A DNA stretch of 64,000 nt from Octopus vulgaris (taxonomy: Eukaryota). Where the stretch lies: the NCBI GenBank assembly GCA_951406725.2, contig OX597838.1, forward strand, positions 620,001-684,000, given 5' to 3'. Positions 1 to 14,387 of this stretch are shown in pieces (the first letter of the stretch is position 1; every line of letters starts with the position of its first letter). The notes below the pieces were generated by a model. The model did not search any database and was not told the origin of the DNA. It saw only the letters and a program-made list of their open reading frames with translations. The translations under genes and the position numbers were made by a program.

Positions 1-32
<32 letters not shown>

Positions 33-133
33 TACATATATACATATATATATATGTGATATACATAGATGTACATACTATTCATACACACACACACACA
101 CATATATATACATACATACATATGTACATATAC

Positions 134-164
<31 letters not shown>

Positions 165-626
165 TGTATGTGTGTGTGTGTGTGTGCGTGCGTATTAACA
201 AAAGTCGGGATGCGTGGCATTCAGTCACTCAATAAATGAAAAATGCATTAAATACTACAAAACGGACATAGAAGGACCCTAATTCTTCGTCAGTTATCGA
301 CCAAAATTGGTAATACTCAGTTTCGTGCCTTTAACGATAAGACTGAGAACTTCGTATATCGGCGGCACCCGCAAGATTTGCGTCGAATTAAGGCTCGAGC
401 AAACACGACAATGATAGGTAACGCCTGGAATAAATCGTCGATGGATATAAAAAAAAGAGAAATTGTCAAGAGAGGAGAAATTGTTGATCTGCAGACTAGG
501 TGTCCGGTGGCGAATAGTTTATACGTTATTATTCCACTTTTGGGATTTGTATATATACATACATACCTACATACATACATACATACATACATACATACAT
601 ACATACATACACACACACATATATAT

Positions 627-697
<71 letters not shown>

Positions 698-924
698 ATT
701 ATATTCTTCTTTTTTAAAAACTTTTTTTCTACTTGTTTCAGTGATTAAATGGTAAGGTAAATAGGTAAATATTTCTGGTTACGACGGAACTTCAAATTCG
801 TTATCAATTGTTTCCTTGAAAAACTTATAAATATCTTGTTCTGACAAAAGGTTTAATGTTAAATTGTTTTTGTATACAAATTGACATGTATACAAATACA
901 TACATACATACATACATACATACA

Positions 925-956
<32 letters not shown>

Positions 957-1489
957 CATACATATATATATAAATATGCACACACACACACACACATATA
1001 TATATATACATTCATACACATATATACACAAATATATGCATACATTAAAATATATACATGTGTGTGTGTGCGCACATATATTCATACATATGCATCTATG
1101 TACATACACAAATATACATACATGATACACACACACACACATACATATGACTATATACATGTGTGTGTGCGCGAACGTATGTGATCCATGCGATAACCAA
1201 TTGGATTCTTGGAAGGCTGCGAGTCCCGTTGTGCTCTTGAGCAATTCACTTCATTCAACACTACTTCGGTGAATTTTAATGGGATCACACTTCCAACCTC
1301 TAGTTGTCACTCACCCCACCACCATATCTCGTAAGCTCAAGTGGGGCATTGACATGTTAGTGCTGCATTTTGTCCATCCATTTGGTTTTGCTAGCATTTA
1401 AAGTTGAATCAAATTAAATATTTGTCCCAACTTCATTCAATCTATTTTGTCGGGAAAGGGCGAGGATCCTATATATTCGACGGCGGCCA

Positions 1490-1625
1490 AAGACAAAGTT
1501 TGAGCTCCGACCGTCCACAGACATAAGAAGACGTTGCAAGAAATCTCGTCCGATGCTCAACCAATTCGCCGCCATTGATTAATACTTAATTTGTCGACCA
1601 CGAAAGGGTAAAAGGCAAAGTTAAG
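1490..1625 (-). mobile_element. Diverged fragments of tRNA-derived SINE family B
   Basis: 'cgtccgatgctcaaccaattcgccgcc' and 'ttaatttgtcgaccacgaaagggtaaaaggcaaagt' match the reverse complement of the copy at 28011-28240. Confidence 0.6.
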
Positions 1626-1686
1626 GGAAAAAGGGAAACAAAAGAAATACTGCAAGGCGTTTCTATCAGACGTCAATTCGATGCCT

Positions 1687-1727
<41 letters not shown>

Positions 1728-2524
1728 TAATACACAATACTGTACTAAATTCTATTTAAGAAAATATAATTGAAACAATTCTTACTTGAAAGAAATTCTT
1801 GGGTTTTCTTCTTTTTTCTGTTCTTTTAAACTTTCTTCTCGATTTTCTTCCCGGTCAGACGGCCATCTTGCATCTATATTTCAACACCATCAGCATCAAC
1901 ATCATTATTACTATCATTCTTAATTAACAAGTTTTTCATTAAGTCTTGGCAATATTTTTAAAGAAATTTTGCTTTCAAAGTTTCCTTTAAAAATTTATTT
2001 GTTTATTTTTTAAATATTTCTCATCTTTAAAATATTGTTTTCTTTTCTTTCTTTTTATTCGTGTTTTTATAGTCTTTTTCCTTCTATCCTGTCTTCCTTT
2101 CTTTTCCCCTTGTCTTTTTCTTTTCTTCTCTTTCTCTTTTCTTCTCTTCTTTCTCTGGTCTCTATCTTTCTCTCCTTCCCTATCTCTCTCTATCTACTCT
2201 TCCTTCCAAACTGTTCCGATTCACCAAATTCTTCCGTTTCTTCTCCAACTCACTCTAATGGCGGACACAAGTGGAATATGAAGAAAAAAAAAGCAAAAAA
2301 ACAACAAAACAAAACAAACGCATGACTTTTGTCTGAAAGACTTTTTGGTAAGAAAACAACGGGGAAGAAAGGGAGGGGAAGGCATAACAGAAACAAGAGG
2401 GGAGGCATTACGGGTAGCGTTGAGGGGGGGTATAAAAGGGGTGGAGCAGGGAAAATGGAAGCGCTTCAAAAGTAAAGGATTTTTTTTTTACTTGGATAAT
2501 GTATCGGTCCATGTGTATGTGCGA

Positions 2525-2568
<44 letters not shown>

Positions 2569-2842
2569 GGAAGAGGTTAACAGTTCGAAATTTGGTGTAA
2601 CTAGCCGCAATCAGTCCAGTAACACCTACTGAACTGAAACTTCGAAGTCACTGCCAACCTCTTCTGTGTGAGGAAAAAAATGTTTTGAAAATAAAATAGA
2701 AAAATAGATAAGATACTCTCGTCAAAGGTGTTGAAAAATCCTTCAATTTAACCATTGACTGTTCAAATTATAAAGTAAAAAATTTTTGTGAATAAAATTA
2801 TACGTAAAAAGAAAATTAATGCATATGTGTGTGTCCAACTGA

Positions 2843-2894
<52 letters not shown>

Positions 2895-2972
2895 GTATAT
2901 ATATATATATATACACACATATATACATGCGTATATATGTATATACGTACGTAGATATGCATGTACGTATGC

Positions 2973-3005
<33 letters not shown>

Positions 3006-3197
3006 TTTTTATGTATGTATTTATGTATTTATGTATGTATGTATGTATGTATTTATGTATGTATTTATGTATGTATGTATGTATGTATGTTTGTATATAG
3101 GTTGAGTGTGTTCATCTATTCAGGCACTGTGAATAAACAAAATTCAATTATTTTTCCATAAATGAATATGTTGTCATGGATGTTTGTATTTCTTGTT

Positions 3198-3231
<34 letters not shown>

Positions 3232-3305
3232 CATACATATAGATTATATATATATATATATATACACAGAGTAAAGAGACAATAAAGTCTCTTATAATCA
3301 GTGAG

Positions 3306-3344
<39 letters not shown>

Positions 3345-3428
3345 CATACATATATATACATATATATATGTGCATATGTATATGTGTATATATATATATA
3401 TATGTATGTATCTATATATATGCTTATG

Positions 3429-3467
<39 letters not shown>

Positions 3468-3517
3468 CATTACGTATATATACATATATAATATATACAT
3501 TCAGTATATGTATATGT

Positions 3518-3554
<37 letters not shown>

Positions 3555-3584
3555 TTATGTATACATATATATATACATATATTA

Positions 3585-3665
<81 letters not shown>

Positions 3666-4179
3666 TGTGTGCGAGCGTGTGTGTGTGTGCGCGTGTGAAT
3701 GCGTGTGTGTATGCGTGTGTGTATGTGTGATACGAATGCATGAGGCATTAAAAACCTCGACAGACAAACGCCAATGGTAGATGGTCAGATACAGTTTTAT
3801 ACAATTGTTACAAAAATATGATAACTTTGTGGGCCCAAAAGGGCAAAGTGTGTTGGAATCTGTTGAACCAACAGGTGGGTTTTTTTCGAGGAATGCATTA
3901 CAAGCGACATCGTATAAAAATATATTTCAAAAATATATCTATCAGTATATAAATGTATCAATATATACATCTATAAATATATATAAATATATAAATATAT
4001 ACATGGGTAAATATATACATCTATAAATATAGAATGCTTCTTTGTAAAGAGGCATAAAAACATCAAAATGAATGCGTAATATACGTAAGTTAATTGAAAT
4101 ATATATTTTGGGGCAGAAATATATAAAACTATGAGGTCAATATTAAAATATGATGCATATACTATACAAGATATATATA

Positions 4180-4226
<47 letters not shown>

Positions 4227-4241
4227 TTGTATATATATTAC

Positions 4242-4281
<40 letters not shown>

Positions 4282-4432
4282 TATCTATGTATGTGCACAG
4301 AGAAACATATATGCGTATATAAGGTTTATACACATGAACAGATGGCAATGCAAAACTTTAGGGGCGAAAAGTTCAAGAAAAAAAAAATTTCCATGAGAAA
4401 ATGTTTGCGTGTGAATATATATGCATATATAT

Positions 4433-4483
<51 letters not shown>

Positions 4484-4578
4484 GTGGGGTCACGAAGACA
4501 AATCGATGAAGAATCGAAGCAAAGGACTGGATGTAGTTAAAGGCAAAGTATTTTAATTAGAGTTTATAATATGAAATT

Positions 4579-4640
4579 TTGTTTCGGTATTAATGACTTC
4601 ATCAGAATATTTCTGACGAGATCATTAATACTGAAACAAT
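4579..4640. ncRNA. Inverted pair of degenerate hammerhead-ribozyme-like cores
   Basis: Arms TGTTTCGGTATTAATGACTTCATCAGAA / TTCTGACGAGATCATTAATACTGAAACA around a TAT spacer. Minus strand reads CTGATGA...CGAAAC; plus strand reads CTGACGA...TGAAAC. Confidence 0.5.
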
Positions 4641-4844
4641 ATTGGAAATTGTAACCTGTTGCAACACACATATACATACATGTGTGTGTGTGTGTGATAA
4701 AGTAGGATAGCTGGAATCAAATTGAATTGGGGAGGTGTAGGACGTATATATCTATACATAGATATGCATATATATTTATATGCATATATCTGTATGATAC
4801 ATATATACCTTTGTGTATATATATATAGAGAGAGAGATAGATAG

Positions 4845-4949
<105 letters not shown>

Positions 4950-5002
4950 TATATCTATATGTATATGTAATGTATATATACACATGCATATATATATGTG
5001 TG

Positions 5003-5070
<68 letters not shown>

Positions 5071-5282
5071 TGCATGTATGTGTGGAAGATCGTTCGTATT
5101 TCGGAATGTGTGGGGCTTCTCATGTAGTGGTGGAAATGGTTGAGTATCTTTACATGTCTCTCTTCCAGTATCACCTCTTCATCTAATTTTTCCATTTTCC
5201 TCTAGTTTTCCTTTCGTACTTTTTTTGGAATTGCTTTAAATAAGATCTAATCATGTATATAAATGTGTGTGCGTGTGTGTGT

Positions 5283-5370
<88 letters not shown>

Positions 5371-5414
5371 ATATATATGTGTGTATATATACATATATAT
5401 AGTTATATTTACAC

Positions 5415-5517
<103 letters not shown>

Positions 5518-5650
5518 TGTATGCATGTATATATGTGTGTGTCTGTCTGTAAGTAGCAATTTTTCCTCTTCATGGAAGTGATTCCTTTTGGTGGAAGAAT
5601 GATGGTTGCGACCTTTGTTGCTACTGCTGCTTCCGGGGTTAATGATGAAT

Positions 5651-5681
<31 letters not shown>

Positions 5682-5811
5682 GGCAGGTGAATTATCGTCA
5701 TCAGCAATGGGATGCTTTTCCGTTTTTACATCTTTCCTATACATACATTCATACACACACACAAACATACATATGTATGTATATATATATATATACACAC
5801 ATACATACATG

Positions 5812-5868
<57 letters not shown>

Positions 5869-5929
5869 GCACGTATGTATGTGTGTATGTACGCATATAT
5901 ATATATATGCATTATATGTACACACACAA

Positions 5930-6002
<73 letters not shown>

Positions 6003-6465
6003 TGATATACGTATGTGCACAATTCACACACGCACATATTCATATATATTAGTTCTTTTTTTCTTTTTCTTTTTCTTCATTGTCCTCTGCAAGTCGACAA
6101 GGGCCGAGAGTGCCTTCTCCGCCTCCTTCACCACTGTCATTGTCATCACTGATGCTACTTGTCAGTACTTTGACCACTGCTGCCGCTCTCCGTGGCCCTC
6201 TGCTGTCCCCATACTTTGCCACATCCAGGCGCCACATTCCAGGACACTCAACACTCCCTCATCTCGTTTTTCGGTGCCGCTTCAGAACTCCTTGGTTGTT
6301 TTCCGAATTCAACAAGTTTCATTCTTGCCGCAGTAACTGAAACTCTGCATGGAAAAGTGAAATCAATCAAAATTGATTTCTATAAATCGCCAACTGAAGT
6401 GGGTCTTATCTTCGTTTTAGTTCCTTCTGGTCTGTGGAATTCTCACACAATCGACATTATATACA

Positions 6466-6536
<71 letters not shown>

Positions 6537-7778
6537 AACAGGTAGCGCATATGCTTCCGTCTGTCTGCCTGTCTGTTCTTGAGCTGCTGAGACTGTTCGA
6601 ATGGCTGAGCAGGTAGGAATACGGTTTCTGGAAAATTCTTCTTCTTAGTCTGGAGAGCATCTTGTGGTGTAAGCGTGGAGCCAGACTTTGTAGTGAACTG
6701 AGGCAGGACAGCTTCTGTGGACAGTGTGTAAAAGAATGAAAAAGAGAAGGGGAGGGTAGAGAAGGTGGAGTAGTCAGAGAAGAAGAAGGAGGAGAAAGAG
6801 GCTGGGTCAATAGGTGAGCGTTGAGGTGGGTTGAATCTTAAAAGTTTGGACGTCAAAAGGAGAGAAGGAGGGGGAAGTAGGAGGAGCGATGTCAGATAAA
6901 AGAGGTGTGATTTGGTGATTCCATTGGTGATAAGGCTCCGCCCATCATTAACCACATTTTTATACACCTTGAAATCGCTGCTGCTGCTGCTGCTGCTGCT
7001 GGTGCGGCTGTTGTGGTTGCTGCTGTTGGTCTGGTTGCTGCTGTTGCTGCTACTGTTTCTGCTGGACAGCGCCACACATGTCCATGCTGATAATGATGAT
7101 GATGATGATGATGATGATGATCCTACTCTTTCAATAATCGTTCTTTTTGCTTTTTACTCTTCATTTTAATCAACTTTCTCCTTCTTCTTGTTTTTCTTCG
7201 TCATCTTCTTCTTCATCACTCTCGCCACTCTCTTTTTGTCATCTTTTCACACACGCACCCACACTCATTCTCTCCTTCAGCTCCACCTCCCCACTCTCTC
7301 TATATATATAATTTACTCGTAGTCTTGCTCTCTACTTTCACTTTCCCTCCTCCTCCCACCATCACCACTGACACTATAACTTTCACTTTCACATCCTACT
7401 TCCTCTCTCCCCACCACATTATCATCCTTTCAAATACCTTCGCTTTATCAAACATTATCAAACAACATTATCAAACATGGTCGCCAACCAAAGTTCATTG
7501 TTTCCTTTCTTTTTCCTTTTTTTACACCGCCTCCCCACCATTCCTTTTTTCTTAATTTTCTTACTTTTCTTCCGGCCCCCAACACTTCATAAATAATACA
7601 AAAAGACCCTTTTTGTCCCCTTGTTCCCACCCATGTTTCTTCTTTCTTTTCTTTTCATTCAACTGATTTCCGTCTACCCCCCCTTTTTTTTTTGCTTTCT
7701 TTAAATTCTTCCCCGTCTGTTATCGGACAATTACAATTTTTGAGATTGAGAGAAAAAGGGACGTTGAAGCATTTCTGC

Positions 7779-7823
<45 letters not shown>

Positions 7824-7959
7824 CGGCGGCGGCAGCAGCAGCAAGTATTGTACTACAAAAACTAGAAGTAAGTTCTGTTATTACTGTACAGCTCAGTTAT
7901 TCACTTCGGTACTTTTTTAGAAAAATATCGGTATTGATCTAGCAGCAGTAGTAGTAGTG

Positions 7960-8081
<122 letters not shown>

Positions 8082-9934
8082 CGTCTAGTTGATGGTGGTG
8101 TTGGCGATGACGATAGTAAAAATGATGATGATGATGAATATCGTAATGGTAGGGCAAACAGTTAATAGCAGTAATTAAATACTAATTCACTGAGGTAGCA
8201 ACATCAGCAGCAGCAACAGTAGTAGTAGTAGTAGTAGTAGTTATTGTTGCTGTTATTGTTCTGTTAATTAAAATATAAGCAATTAGAGTAAGCTCAATTA
8301 GTTGACAATAGCAGAAGCGACGGATGTGACGGTAGTGGTATTTAGAGTGTCTGGTACAGGTGGTAGTTGTAGTGTATCACTACTTGTATAGGCTACAGTA
8401 GCAGTCAATGTGCTATTTCAAAAAATGATGATATTGTTGCTGGATTTGGGACGAAACACCAGAAATAGCCAAATAGGTTTGGTATTTTTTTCAGTTAAAT
8501 TCGTTTCAAGCTGGGATCGAAATCGCAACGTCGTTTTGACTCATTTGGAGCTTACCTCTTGCTCTACGGAGATGATACAAAAAATAGACAACGATGGAGC
8601 TATTTTGGTGAGTGTGATTGGTTGTGTGTGGCAGAATGGTGTTGTTAATGATGATGGCGATGATAATGATGATGATGATGATAATTATGGGGATGTGGTG
8701 GCGGGAATGCATTAAAAGGTTATAGTTGTACTACCTGAATGCGTCTCCTGGAGTAACAGTTGCTAACAAACGCCTCTCTCTCTCTCTCTTTCCCTCTATC
8801 CTCGCTGCTGCGTCGAACTTCGTAATTAGGATGTTAATTGGGGCAAATCTTCATTGCACTCGGGTCTCGTTCTCTTCCTTCTTCATTATGTCAACTTTCA
8901 GCTCTGTCTTCCCGTTCATCATCATCATTATCATCATCAACATATCATCATTATCACGTGTTTCATCCCGGAATCATTTCATTCTTTGTTTTACATCCTT
9001 CTCATTCCTTTATTCTATTATTCCTTCATTCCTGTATTCATTACTCGTTTATTTTCTCTTCGTTCATCTTGTTTCGTCAATTTTTCCTCTTTCGGTTAAA
9101 TTTCACGACAATGGTACGTATCGATGTCTATATATATCAATATATGTACACATACAAAACATACGAAGATGTATATAATGAGGTGTGTGCGTGTGCGTGT
9201 GTGTGTGTGTATAAATATATATGTATATAAGAGTGTTCAGCAGCAACAAATGGGAAAGGTCAATCAAAAATAATAATTAAATTTCTAATTTAAATCTAAA
9301 ATAAATGTCTCAACAGGGATTTAAATTGTTGTATTAATGTTGCTGCCACAAATTTTCTAGAATTCAGTCAAATTTTTTTTAAAGAAGAACAAAAAATAGA
9401 TATAAAACTCTTCTCTGTTGCTTTTAGTAGTCCGCAGCTTCATTCACAATGTCGGGACACGTCGATGTCTGCAATGGACTCTACGACTGCTGTAATGGTT
9501 TGTCCTCTACACAAATGCAGCCAACGGCAGCATTGTGCCATTAACGCAATATATTCGTCCGAAATGATTGTTCCATTCTTCTCTCATTTTTCATTCTATT
9601 TCGATCTTCTTGTTGCTGTTGTCGTTATCGATTGTTGATAATTTCAATAGAATAAGAAAGGAAGTGCAAGTGAGTGTGCATATATAATGTGTATACGCAT
9701 ATACACACAGACACACGCACACCTATATATATTTATATACTGAAAAATCGACGTTGAATGAATAAAGAACGATTGTTATGTTGTAAACAACTTCAACCGA
9801 AAATTCTCTTCTCGTGTCCGGCTGCTTTCACTTTCGGTTCTAAACGGTTTCAATGTTGCAACTCTTCGTTTTCGTTTCCTCTTTTCTTCGTCCAACTATT
9901 CAAGTGATTTACTACGTTAGTTTTCAAAACACAC

Positions 9935-9970
<36 letters not shown>

Positions 9971-10174
9971 CTGTAATTATCACAACAATATAATTATATC
10001 ACAACCCACAAGGTGTTTATACAACATTGGAAGTTCTCTCTCACGAAATATAAACTATTTGCATCAACGTAACTTTCAAAATCTGCCACCAGGTGTAGAC
10101 ACATTTATGTATTTACATACACCTGTGCTTGCATGCTATAAGTGTTTTTTGGTATAGATTTTTTTAAGTGTGTA

Positions 10175-10246
<72 letters not shown>

Positions 10247-10377
10247 GATATATATATATATATGCAGAAGCACTTCAGTAGTCACTTGGACGCAACAGTT
10301 TCGTGTATATTTGTCAAATATGTATATGCATTCACAGAATGTACATTATATATATATACATATATATATTTACTCAC

Positions 10378-11236
10378 AGTATGCAGTTGGGAGTTTTTTC
10401 CTCAAGTGTTACAAATTGTCCTTCATGTTGTCATCGTTATTATCGATTCTGTTGGAATTCATCGTCATCATCATCATCATCATGTTTATCGTCATCAATA
10501 TCTGATCAATGAATTGCGATGCTTAAAATTTCTCAAAGTTTTTTTGTACTTTTTTGTATGTTTGTTTTTCTGTTGTCGATGTTGCTGTGTTCTGGACAGG
10601 AGGCAGCAAACGGTTTCCTACCAAAATATTTCAAAATTAATTAAAAAATAATAATTAATTTATAGAACGGCTGAAATAGTCCAGGTCAGTGGATCGAAGG
10701 ACTGGTCAGGCTGGAGAAATCATCGTCAGAGGTGAAAAAGTTGAAAGGTTGGTAAAGGTTAGATAAAACACGTCCACAGATGGCGCCACATGTCTCCGTA
10801 AATGTCGTGCTTATTCACGTTGGTGTCAAATGAAACAGAAAAAAGACGTCTTGGTGCCGGAGGTGAGAAACACGTTGCGACGATGACGTCATCACGGGAC
10901 CAGACAGATTCCAGCGTTCCGCCCAGCTAACAAGTGGTGTTAGTAGTAGTAGTGGTAGTAGTAGTAGTATGAGGGTAAAAAGGGAAGAAAGAGTAAAGAA
11001 GGAAGTCGATGGCATGAGAAAGTAGATGGAAAGTGTTAAGAAAGGGAGACAATAGGGTAGAGAGGTGTGTGTGGATATATATATATATATATGTAATAAG
11101 AGAGAGGGAGAGAGAGATGATGTAAGACAGAGTGGGGGTTAGAAAGAGAGAAAGAAAGAGAGAAGAGAAGAGAGGAAAGAGAGAGAGAGTGTACAACACT
11201 TGTCTGTGTTGCTTGGCAGTGGTTTTTGCAACGACT
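10378..11236 (-). ncRNA. Candidate first exon (non-coding or 5' UTR) of a minus-strand Pol II transcript
   Basis: Starts at an Inr 31 nt downstream of a TATA box and ends at a CT|GTGAGT donor (intron from 10377), where the sequence changes to microsatellite-rich intron-like DNA. No ATG-initiated frame is open across the donor. Confidence 0.4.
10815..11015 (-). CDS. Putative 66-aa small ORF/uORF with signal-peptide-like N-terminus
   Basis: MPSTSFFTLSSLFTLILLLLPLLLLTPLVSWA..., close downstream of the predicted TSS. The Leu run comes from a (CTA)n repeat, and I recognise no homology. Confidence 0.2.
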   Translation of the reverse strand: MPSTSFFTLSSLFTLILLLLPLLLLTPLVSWAERWNLSGPVMTSSSQRVSHLRHQDVFFLFHLTPT

Positions 11237-11267
11237 GACGGCACAGGGTCTCTCCGTGGCTTTTATA
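11233..11267 (-). promoter_or_regulatory. Core promoter: TATA box plus initiator
   Basis: Minus strand TATAAAAG (11267-11260) and TCAGTC (11238-11233), with the +1 A at 11236, 31 nt from the first T of TATA. This is canonical metazoan spacing. Confidence 0.65.
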
Positions 11268-12343
11268 TGAGCCAACTGGTGGCGTTCCACTGAGTGCCAC
11301 TCATTCGAACCCTCCTCCCCCTCCTCTTCTTTCTCCCCCCCCCCCGCCACACTCCTCCTCTTTACACTCTTTCTCACAATCGTTATCATCACCACCATTG
11401 TATTTATCACTATTGTCCTCCTCCTCCTCCTCCTCCTCACCAGCATCCTCCTCCTCATCATCATCATCATTATTACCGATATCTCTTAAAAACTTTGTTC
11501 ATTATCATATTCTTGTCTTCCTCCTCCTCCAGACTTGATCTTCCCCTCTTCTTTCTTTCTTTCTTTCTTTCCCCCCTCCCCACCTTCTCGTCTCCCCCCC
11601 TCAACCTTGCTACTACAATAATCGCAACAGTCATTTCTACAATCATCATCATCATCACAAACATCGCAGTCACCACCACGCCACAATCATCATCATCGTC
11701 GTAATCACAGATGTCGACATCCCACCACCACCACCACCACCACCACAACTGCCCTCGTCGTCATCGTCGTTATCACCCCCGTCGCCGCCATCGCTGTTCA
11801 ATCAACACCACCACCACCACCACCACCACCACCACCACCACCTCCACCATCACCATCACCACCATCACCACCAACAGCATTACAATCTTCATTATTTAGT
11901 ATTCTGTTGCCATTCTTAACACTCCTCCTTCGTCCCTACCCCTACCCCATCTAACCCCTGCCCCTCGACCATCTCCAACATTCCCTGACCTTCACCCCTT
12001 CCGTTCCACCACTCATTCCAGCCAATTCCATCAAAATATTATAACTTAAAACACCCTCTTTCTTTCTTCCCCCTCTGTCTCTTTCTCTTTCACTCTTTCT
12101 TTCTTACTCACTCTCACTCTCTCACCATTTCTCTCCTTCTTACTATCCTTCTTCTACACCGACAACACTCTATCAATCTATCTTTCTATACAACCACACA
12201 TACACACACATCTACGTGCGTGTGCTTAAACACCCATATTTACACACATACACGTATGGAGAAGCACAGGCATATACATATAGATATACATAAAGTTTAC
12301 ACACACACACACGCACGCACGCACGCACTCACACACATGTATG

Positions 12344-12386
<43 letters not shown>

Positions 12387-12462
12387 ACTTGCCTGAAAAG
12401 CAGTTGCACAATGTGGAAACTCCAGAGTAGCAGGGCACTGGCCCAGCATCATTAAGCTAATT

Positions 12463-12523
<61 letters not shown>

Positions 12524-12553
12524 TAGATAGATAGATAGATAGATAGACAGATG

Positions 12554-12664
<111 letters not shown>

Positions 12665-12686
12665 GGATGGATAGATGGATAGATAG

Positions 12687-12717
<31 letters not shown>

Positions 12718-12852
12718 TGTATGTATGCTTACATATATTTGTTTGTAGGTGTTATATACGCTCACAAACACACACATATGCAATATATGTAATATAAACA
12801 TGCACAATATACACACGTAGAGATAGAACTACTACACACATCTATGCCATTT

Positions 12853-13224
12853 TCTTTTTACTTGCTTCAGTCATTTGGCTGTGGCCATGCTGGGGCAACA
12901 CCCTGTAAGGTTTTCGTCAAAGAAATAGAACCCCAGCGCTTATTTCTTTTTAAGCCTAGTATTTAGTCTATCGGTCTCTCATACCGAGCCGCTAAGTTGA
13001 GGAAACCTAAACATATCAGCAGTGATTATCAAGTGGTGGTGGGGGACAAGCACAAATACAAACACACACGCACACACACATAAATATACGATGGGCTTCT
13101 TTCAGTTTCCGTCTGCCAAATCCACTCACAAGCTTATAATAGAAGACTCTTGCCGAAGGTGCCATGCAGTGGGACTGAAATCGGAACAATATGGTTGGGA
13201 AGCAAGCTTCTTACCACACAGCCA
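12853..13224 (-). mobile_element. tRNA-derived SINE family A (CORE-like domain), near full length
   Basis: Minus-strand head GGCTGTGTGGTAAGAAGCTTGCTTCCCAACC...TTCAGTCCCACTG...GGCACC, body ACGGAAACTGAAAGAAGCCC, tail CCAGCATGGCCACAG...TGAAGCAAGTAAAA. Shared with at least 5 other copies here. Confidence 0.85.
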
Positions 13225-13284
13225 CACACACACACACACACACAAAATATATAAATGTACATACGATATACGCATATACAGATG

Positions 13285-13387
<103 letters not shown>

Positions 13388-13426
13388 GCACGTGGAGAAA
13401 TGATATATTTTTTAAAATGCAGAATG

Positions 13427-13490
<64 letters not shown>

Positions 13491-13698
13491 CATAAAAATA
13501 CTATATATATAAGCAGTATATATAGCCTCATACACAGAAACACACACAGAGTTATATATACACATATGTTTCATTCACTCATCCACTTAACATATATATA
13601 TATACACACTATATATAGATATTCGTATTTATCTCGGCGGTTTTGGAGATGGAGGGATTCTTTTCGAAAGACCTTCTACTCTACAGGTCTTACTGAAG

Positions 13699-13801
<103 letters not shown>

Positions 13802-13838
13802 TACATACATACAATAACACACGCACGCACACACACAA

Positions 13839-14288
13839 GGCACAGGCGTGGTTGTGTTGTAAGAAGTTTGCTTCCTATTCACATCGTCTCGAGTTCAGTC
13901 CCACTGTGTGGCACCCTAGGGTAAATTGTCATCTTTCATAGACCCGGGCTGACAAAAACTTTGTCAGTGGATTTGATAAACGGAAACCGAACGAATATAA
14001 ATATATGTGCTTGCTTATTGCTTTTGCTTCAAACCGTCATCAAAGGTGATGACATCGTCGATCCAAGATCTTCATCCTCCTGCGCTTCCGGCACATTATT
14101 TCTCACGGGTGCCCACGTAGCCGAGAGGGGCCCCGTAACTTAGCGTTCCAGGAAAAGACAACTAAATCGAATAAGCTTCAGCCTTAAGAAGTTAGGTACT
14201 GGCGTCGGTTCATTCAACCCCAAATTCTTCAAGGTGGTGCCCCAGTATGGCCGCAGTCTTGGCCGAGACAAATAAATGATAAAAGAAA
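13839..14288 (+). mobile_element. SINE family A copy
   Basis: GGCACAGGCGTGGTTGTGTTGTAAGAAGTTTGCTTCC...GAGTTCAGTCCCACTGTGTGGCACC (A/B-box-like head); 3' part GGTGGTGCCCCAGTATGGCCGCAGTC. Confidence 0.8.
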
Positions 14289-14340
14289 ATATATGATGCA
14301 TATTATATATTGGACATACAGACTATATATATGTTTACCC

Positions 14341-14387
<47 letters not shown>

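Noticed and set aside
2431-2438. Plus-strand TATAAAAG
   Set aside because: No convincing initiator about 30 nt downstream, and it lies in a purine-rich low-complexity stretch.
6443-7075. 210-aa minus-strand ORF (MALSSRNSSS...)
   Set aside because: Non-ATG start, low-complexity Ser/Leu/Phe tracts, runs into (TA)n, and no recognisable domain.
8191-9545. miRNA seed-like strings (TGAGGTAG at ~8191, ATTGCACT at ~8853, AATGGCAC at ~9543 minus)
   Set aside because: Only the seeds match let-7, miR-92 and miR-183/263; the rest of the mature sequences and the precursor hairpins are absent.
13839-13915. tRNA genes suggested by A/B-box motifs (also 28011, 38485, 42047)
   Set aside because: No complete cloverleaf; where the flank is recognisable the motifs continue into SINE bodies.
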